A stretch of DNA of 53,438 nucleotides, filler included, from Jimgerdemannia flammicorona (lineage: Eukaryota), in the NCBI GenBank assembly GCA_003990765.1. It is 3 parts of 3 records of this genome, joined end to end, with 100 filler letters (N's around TTAATTAATTAA, not from the genome) between each part and the next. Parts side by side here need not be neighbours in the genome. Positions count along the whole stretch, not along the records: positions 35,695 to 53,438 come from RBNJ01002427.1; 2 more parts are not named here. The stretch is one strand, 5' to 3'. Shown in pieces: positions 46,489 to 53,438 of the stretch. The notes below the pieces were generated by a model. It saw only the letters and a program-made list of their open reading frames with translations, was not told the DNA's origin and did not search any database. Position 1 is the first letter of the stretch. Each line of letters opens with the position of its first letter. The position numbers were made by a program, and so were the translations under genes.

Positions 46489-49400
46489 CCTTTAGGACTT
46501 ATCACCCAGGACTTAGGAATATTGTCAGCTACCATAGGTTCTACGAACTCCTCCAAGAATACATTGGAACCACTAGGACCCCAGAATCTACTGCTGTAGC
46601 CACTCAGGATTTTTTAGATTATATCACACCCTCTGCTGCAAGAGAAGCAGCTGTCGAGTAGATTGTCTCTGACAGATATCATCATACCCCTACCAAGACC
46701 TCTCTCTACTATAGACTAGTTATATACTATGCCTCTGCTATAACCAGGTACAAGAATGAGCAAGCAGGCCAACCATCCCCTACTACTGAATAAGAAGCAG
46801 GCCTATCTACCTAGCCAGAAACTGATATCCTCTTTGAAGGACCTAGTCAGTATGAAGATGCACTATCTCATCAGAGAAGGGAGTCAGATGAAGACTCTAC
46901 TGGTTATCAGTCTGATGATAGCCAACTAGGAACAGCAGGCCTAGGAATTTACCAAGGAACTATAGGTCAAGAAGATCAGACCCCAGAACCAACCCAGCCA
47001 TCTATACAGAGGTTTGGTTTACCCTCTCTCACAGGACTCTTTGACTTGATATCTGAGAATCAAGTAACCCTAAGTCATATAGCACTACAACCCTACCAAG
47101 CAGAACAATCTTCAGGAGAATCTACCCCAACAGGCCCACCACCAATAGTCAATACAATATTAGATGTCAATATTGTAGCACTGACTACCCAGCTAGAAGC
47201 ACTAGCAGGAATAGTAGGACAAATTGCTGAACAGAACAAATCAACCAAGACCTTGTGAATCCCAACATTCAGTAGAAAAAACAGTGATATTGAAAACTTC
47301 ATCAATGCAGTTGATATAGGCTACCGAGCAAACCAATAGAATGACAATTGAGTACCTATAGGAATGCTCACCAACAACCAGAACAATACCCTTCAACAGC
47401 TATTTGTTACCTCAGCAGCACAAGTGGAAACAGTAGCCACATTCTTTACTAGAACAGCAGTCGAATTCTGGCAAACCTTGAAACAACACTCAGTAACCTG
47501 GGAAGACCACCCTCAAGTTAATGGACAAGTACCTGCTAACAATAGACCAGGTTGAGATGACTATGAAGCAGGCCCAGGACTCAAGGCCTTGCTACTGACT
47601 AAGTTCTGAAATGCAGCCTACATATAAGAAACTTGGAACAAACTGTCCCAGATGAAGTTCTACAAGAATAGTGAAGAGGATCTAGAGACCTTTATCACCA
47701 GAATGGATGCCTATCTCAAAACTGTTAAACTTACCTACTAGGAGAACAATTTGGCCATCAAAGGTACCAGAACCAACCACCTTTTTGCCACCCTACCAGA
47801 CTGGCTCACCCAGAAGATCAAGGAACAAGGTTTTCTCCAAAGACATCCCCACTACTCATGGTACTTTGCCCAAGTACAAAGAAGAGCCCATGAAATCCTT
47901 GCTGCATAAGCCCCATAAAATCAAGAACACAAGAAGGATAACCAAGATAGGAGGAATCCTACCAGAAGGAATGACCAAAAATATGATCAAAGAAACAATC
48001 AAAGAAACCAGTGAACCAGACCTCCCACCAAGGATGAAAAGAAGCAGCTCCATAAAAAGAGATTATGCTTCATCTACAAAAAGGCAGAACATATCTCATT
48101 CAAATGCTCGAAGAAGAGAAACAGATCAGGCAAACCCAGTAACCAGAACATTACTGTCATTGGAGAAGGTCCGGGAAAGAAGAATCCCAAGAATATCATC
48201 AAAGTATAGAAGATATGGTACAAGGCCACCATCCCCACTAAGGCCCACCCAACCAATGCTGAATATGACCTCTACAGCAGCCAAGACCTCACCATTCCAC
48301 CAAGTACCAATACTATAGTGCAAACAGGAATTGCAATACAAGTCTCCAAAGATACATATATCTGCCTTGCTGAGTGAAGCAGTCTAGCCAAAGAGTTCAA
48401 CATTGGGCTAGGAGGAGAAGTAGTTGACCAAGAATTTACTGGTGAAATCTATGTTATCTTGCAAAATTTTGGAAATACATCATTTGAAGTCAAAGCAGAC
48501 CAAAGAATTGGCCAAGCAATCATTGAAGAAATCCATCAAGATCTCACCATTGAAGAAGTCCCCAAGCTCTCCCAGATAGACTATGGCAAGAAAGAGTTTG
48601 GATCTACCAATAAACCTCTCAGCCAAAAGATCACTACCATGAAGGAAGATGATGAAAACTGGTACAAGAGAATTGCAGATAGTTTTGCACCATGTGGGCA
48701 ATGCCCTCATTCTATTTGAATGTACTACATGGAATATGTTGGTGAATACCATGCATACCTTTCCAAAGTTTTCAAAATTCAATCTGAGAAGTGCCAAGCC
48801 CAACAGACTGAGGAACCCAAACAAGACAACCCTCCTTATGAAGGATAGGGAGAAACTGACTTTGAGGAGACTGATAGCAATTGGGACAATAATGAGGATG
48901 AGGAGCTCAACACTATCAAGAAGGAGGACAGTTGCATCAAGTTCACAGACCAAGTCTACAGACAGAATGTCAATGTCTTGCTTGATAGTGGTGCTACTGA
49001 AAACTACATCAGCACCAAGACTGCCAAGAGAATTGGAGCCCAAAGCAGACCAGCTACTGAGGAAAGAAGTATTACCTTTGGTGATGGCAAAACTGCACCA
49101 TTGATCAAGATCTGTTAAGATCTCTTGCTTGAGTATCTAGGACATATTATCTCTGCTAAAGATATCAATGTAGACCCACAAAAGATATCAGCCCTCAAGA
49201 ATATTCCTATCTCCACTACCCTCAAGCTACTCCAGCACTTCCTGGGTATTGCTGGTTACTACCGAAGGTTTATCTAAGGATACTCTGCTATTATAACTCC
49301 ACTGACCAGCCTGGCTTATAAAGGAGTAAACATCAAAACTGAATGGATCCCTGAATGCATCCTGACTATGGACCATCTCAAGAGACTTCTTACTAAGGCC

Positions 49401-50625
49401 TCAGTGCTAATTGCACTTGATCCTACCAGACCATTCACTCTGATCACAGATGCCTCTGATATTGCTATTGAAGCAGTGCTCAGCCAGGAAGACTGCCCAG
49501 TAGCCTACCTTTCCCAAAAGCTCAAGCCAGCTGAAATTCGATATACTATCTATAAGAAGGAACTCCTGGCCATTGTTACTGCACTCCAGGAATAGCACTA
49601 TTTCCTCCTAAGACAACTATTTGTGGCCTACACTGATCACCATACCCTATAGTATATTTACACACAGCCCATACTAACCCACAGACAAGCCTGCTGGATG
49701 GAAATCATTGCTAACTTTGATATGGAAATCAAGTACATCCCAGGCAAAACCAACTGTGTGGCTGATGGTTTCTCCAGGTATATATATGGAAGATGAACTT
49801 ATCTTCATAGTTGAAGTAATTGGAGAACTGATACAGATGATCAAGGATAGCTATCAGCAGGATAGCCCCCTGATGATATTCCTTCAATTCTGTCAAGACC
49901 CAGAAGCTAAGGTCCCAGAACTCATGAGACAAATGTCCAAGAGATTCACTTACCATGATGGACTCATCTATAGAGACCATGACAGAGTGGTTGTACCCAA
50001 TAATAATACTCTATGACTCAAGATCATACAGAAACTTCATGATACTCCTGCAGCAGGACACTTTGGTTTCGAAAAAACCTACAACCTCCTCTCAAGAGAG
50101 TTCTACTGGCCAAAGATGACCAAGGACATCAAAGACTTTGTGGCCTCATGTGAGATATGCCAAAGGTTCAAAAGTGATAACAAACTACCAGCAGAACTTC
50201 TGCAACTACTACCAATCCTGAGTCACAACTGATATCAGATTGCAATGGACTTCATTGTCCAACTCCCCAAGACAAAGGCAGGATGAGATGCCATCATGGT
50301 ATTCATCAACTGCCTAAGTAAATAAGTCCATTTTGCACCCACCAAGACCACTGCTACAGCACCAGAGATTGCTGAGATTTTTCCCAATCAAGTATTCAGA
50401 CTATATAGTATGTCTAGTACTATTGTATCTGACTGAGATGCTAAGTTCACAAGCAACTTCTGAAAGACATTCTTTTCTCTCCATAAAACCAAGCTGAAGT
50501 TCTCTACTGCTTACTACCCTCAGACTGATGGTCAAACCAAGTGAACTAATAGAACTTTCAAACAGATGCTTATTATCTTCTGCTGTTACAAGCAAAATGA
50601 TTGGGATAAGTACCTAGCCCATACT
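46489..50625 (+). pseudogene. pol: GypB gag-dUTPase-PR-(RT deleted)-RH-IN remnant
   Basis: CFIYKKAEHISFKC knuckle (about 48065), dUTPase (about 48200-48610: AEYDL, SSLA, VVDQEFTGEI, IGQAI, EFGST), LLDSGA, TDASD, HDTPAAGH..CEIC, MDFIVQLP and QTDGQT. Confidence 0.88.
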
Positions 50626-51188
50626 TAGTGCTCTTAACGAATCAATTTAATCCGGATTCGAATCGGATTCGAATCAACCATTGTTTTGATTTCCACATTA
50701 GACAATTAAATGTTTATATCAATAACTTGATGAATAATCATCCAAATTTGATGATCTTGGTGTCATTTGAAAGCCCTTAATAAGGCCTATCTAATGATAC
50801 CAAGAACATTGAAATCGGATCATGCGTTGCTGAGTTATGAAGGAAACCGTCTGAATCACCGATTTTGGAAATTCTTTGATTTGCTGATTTTGGAAATTTC
50901 ATCAAATGGAACGTTTTCCTTAATATCTCAGCAACACGTAATCCGATTTTAATGTTCTTGGTATCATTAGAAAGGCCTTATTAAGGGCTTTCAAATGACA
51001 CCAAGATCATCAAATTTGGATGATTATACATCAAGTTATTGATGTAAACATTTAATTGTCTAATTTGGAAATCAAAACAATGGTTGATTCGAATCCGATT
51101 CGAATCCGATTCGAATCCGATTCGAATCCATCCGGATGGGATTCGAATCCATCCGAATCCCATCCGGATTGACTCGTTCGGAGCACTA
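50626..51188. mobile_element. Palindromic MITE-like element (563 bp) with hAT-type termini
   Basis: TAGTGCTC...GAGCACTA ends, long near-perfect inverted arms, GATTCGAATC repeats and intact CpGs. Confidence 0.85.
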
Positions 51189-53438
51189 CTGCTTGCCAAC
51201 TTCCAGGCCAAAGATCCTGACTGAGTCTCTGCTGCCACTCCACTCCATCCTCAATATCAAACTCAATAAGTGGAGTGCCCCTCAAAAGCAGTCTATCCCA
51301 TCTTCACATAGCTAGTCTCCACAGCATCTCCCCTTCATTGCTATACCATTACAAGTCTATACAGTATGCTCCATCTGCTACCTCCACCAGAAGCCTTTAT
51401 ACCTTAGCCAATGGCTTTTACTCAGGTCCACCAGGGATAGCAAATCCCCTGAGAACTCTTTTGGGGAGAATCTCATCTCCCACACCTTCTGCATCAGTGG
51501 TATCCATCTCCCTACTCTCAGTTCCATAGCTCACTTCAACTACTAAGCTTTCAGGCAGTGCAGCCTCTTAGGAAAATCCACCAGTCCTAGCCTCCCTTGA
51601 ACCACTGGCATTGAAAGGGTATCCCAACTGATCTGAGACCACCTCCTAGCCCAAATTCAATCTCTAGCCAGTTTCATCAGTCTCTTCACTATCCAAGCAG
51701 GGAAGTCCAGTAATAGGCCATATACCACAGCTTAGGGAATCAGTAGATATTCAGAATTAATACCCAGCCTGCCAGAGAGATGTGGTGACCTCCTCAGCCT
51801 CTAAGAGCCTTCCCCCAGATGGCCACTCTCCTCTCTCACCACACCTGTGACAAGACAGATCTATATACTGAAAGGAAGATGCCCAGATATCTCACTACCT
51901 CTCCTGTAGAGACAATTGTTCCAATGACATCCCCTCCCACTAATCCATTTCTCAACACTATTGTCTCATACTTATATCAGTTGAGTTTTGCTCCAGAGTG
52001 TGCCTCATACTATTCTACCATCTCCTTAAGAGCCTCAACATCTGCCACTGATCCAAGTCCAATCACCATGTTATCTGCAAAGGCTCCCACCTTCTACACT
52101 ACACTATAAATAGAGAGCTCTGCCACCTTCTGCCAAATTCTATCCATCAAAGGTTCTAGTGAAAGGGCATATAGAATAGGAGATAGTGGATCTCTCTGAG
52201 GAACTCCTCTCTCCAAGAGAAATGCCAGACCTTGGTGACTATTACACATTAGTGCTGCCCAACTGCCCTCCAACAGATTTAATATAGAAGCTTGAAATAG
52301 CAGAAGAACTTCTATTCTGTCTAGTACCTTGCCCAACCACACTTATCAGACCTGGTCATAGGCCTTCTCCTGGTCCAAAAAGACCAGTCTCTCATCTAAT
52401 CTACTAGCCTGTGCCTCTTCAATAATGCCATGAACCCAGGCCATTTCATCCCTGATAAGTCTATCTACAACAAAACCCTACTGCTCCTCACCCAATACCT
52501 GTTGGGCAACCTTCTGTAATTTTACTATAATCACCTTAGTAACCATCTTCCTATCTATATCCAGAAGCATGATTGGTCTCCAGTTCTTTCAATTCTCCCT
52601 CCTCTCCTTGTTCTTATACAACAGGGCCACTAGCTCTAGGTCCTGCCCTTCCACCCACTGACCATTCAGAAGAACAATGTCATAGAGGGTTACCATCTCT
52701 CCTAACACTCCTGGGACTCTTGCCATCTTCTTCCAAAAGTCCCAAGATAGTCCATCCTCTCCTGGTGCTATTCCAAGCTTAGTTGCCACAAGGATACTCT
52801 AGATCTCCTCCTTTTGGACTAGAAGGATCAAATCCCCCAGGCCCTCCACTTGTGGTAGCTCCCAATTCTCCAAAGTATCTCCAATTGCCTCTGCATCAGC
52901 ACTCCCTTCCTTCTCACTCAACAGACCCCTCCACCACTTCTTCAGTAACCCCAAGATCTGTTATATACTATGAATTATTTCCCCTTCTGCATCAAGGACT
53001 CTATCTCATTGATATCACACCCTTCTAGTCTGGAGGAGCCTTAACAAATACCAAGTGGGCCTCTTCTCCTCCTCAAGCCCCTGCCATCTCAACCTAGCCA
53101 CCATTTCTTTTATCTGCATCTCCTCCTCCTCTCTCAACACCTGTTGCAACTCCACTACTTCCAGCTTAGCCTGCACTGACCTTCAATCATCCACCTTTCT
53201 AGAATTTATAAAATTAGCCTATTTCATCTGCAATCTAACTAACTTATTGGAAGTACACCTCACTCTCTTTCTTCTCTACCTCCCAGCATCTCTACCAGCT
53301 CCTCTCCAGTAAACTCTCACATCCTCTTTCAATTTCATCTACTGGATATCCACTTGCAAACCCTCATATACCCAGCTTATGATCTTCACTAAATGGCCTA
53401 TACCAAAGAGTCATACAAAACCTTCTCAGCTAGCTGAG
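51189..53438 (-). mobile_element. L1/Tx1-like LINE ORF2 fragment (RT and downstream)
   Basis: APGEDGL, FLDQEKAYDQV, RGVPQRDPLSPILY and AFADN motifs; many stops. Confidence 0.88.

Larger units (their letters stand above)
39475..50625 (+). mobile_element. Gypsy family GypB (sister of GypA), interrupted by a hAT, RT core deleted, 3' end truncated
   Basis: LTR and PBS present. Gag is homologous to GypA (PTF..FI..VD..ANQ..NNQ..TL.QLF), followed by dUTPase, LLDSGA, RNase H and integrase. Confidence 0.88.

Overview
Eukaryotic, probably fungal, repeat-dense DNA with no recognisable host genes. The window is three separate contigs (1-17747, 17848-35594, 35695-53438; 17747, 17747 and 17744 bp) joined by artificial 100-nt N linkers containing TTAATTAATTAA, so nothing should be read across the gaps. 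It holds four copies of a chromodomain Ty3/Gypsy family ('GypA', minus strand) with ~2.06-kb LTRs, a tRNA-iMet-type PBS, a PPT and a Gag-CCHC-dUTPase-PR-RT-RH-IN-chromodomain polyprotein. It also holds a related family ('GypB', 764-bp LTR), a third Gypsy fragment with extra 3' coding sequence ('GypC'), several L1/Tx1-like LINEs with nested poly(A)-tailed insertions, Copia relics, a 6-kb hAT transposon, two further hAT-like termini and a young palindromic MITE. Most ORFs are broken by C>T/G>A transitions. The most notable observations are: (1) GypA LTRs carry a 410-codon ORF wholly inside U3, absent from the sister family; (2) a betaretrovirus-like NC-dUTPase-protease order in a chromovirus; (3) a hAT element with a second, divergent Cys-rich, repeat-rich gene separated from the transposase by twin hairpins; (4) repeated same-orientation LINE-into-LINE insertions. 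Protein functions are inferred from motifs read by eye; no database searches were run.
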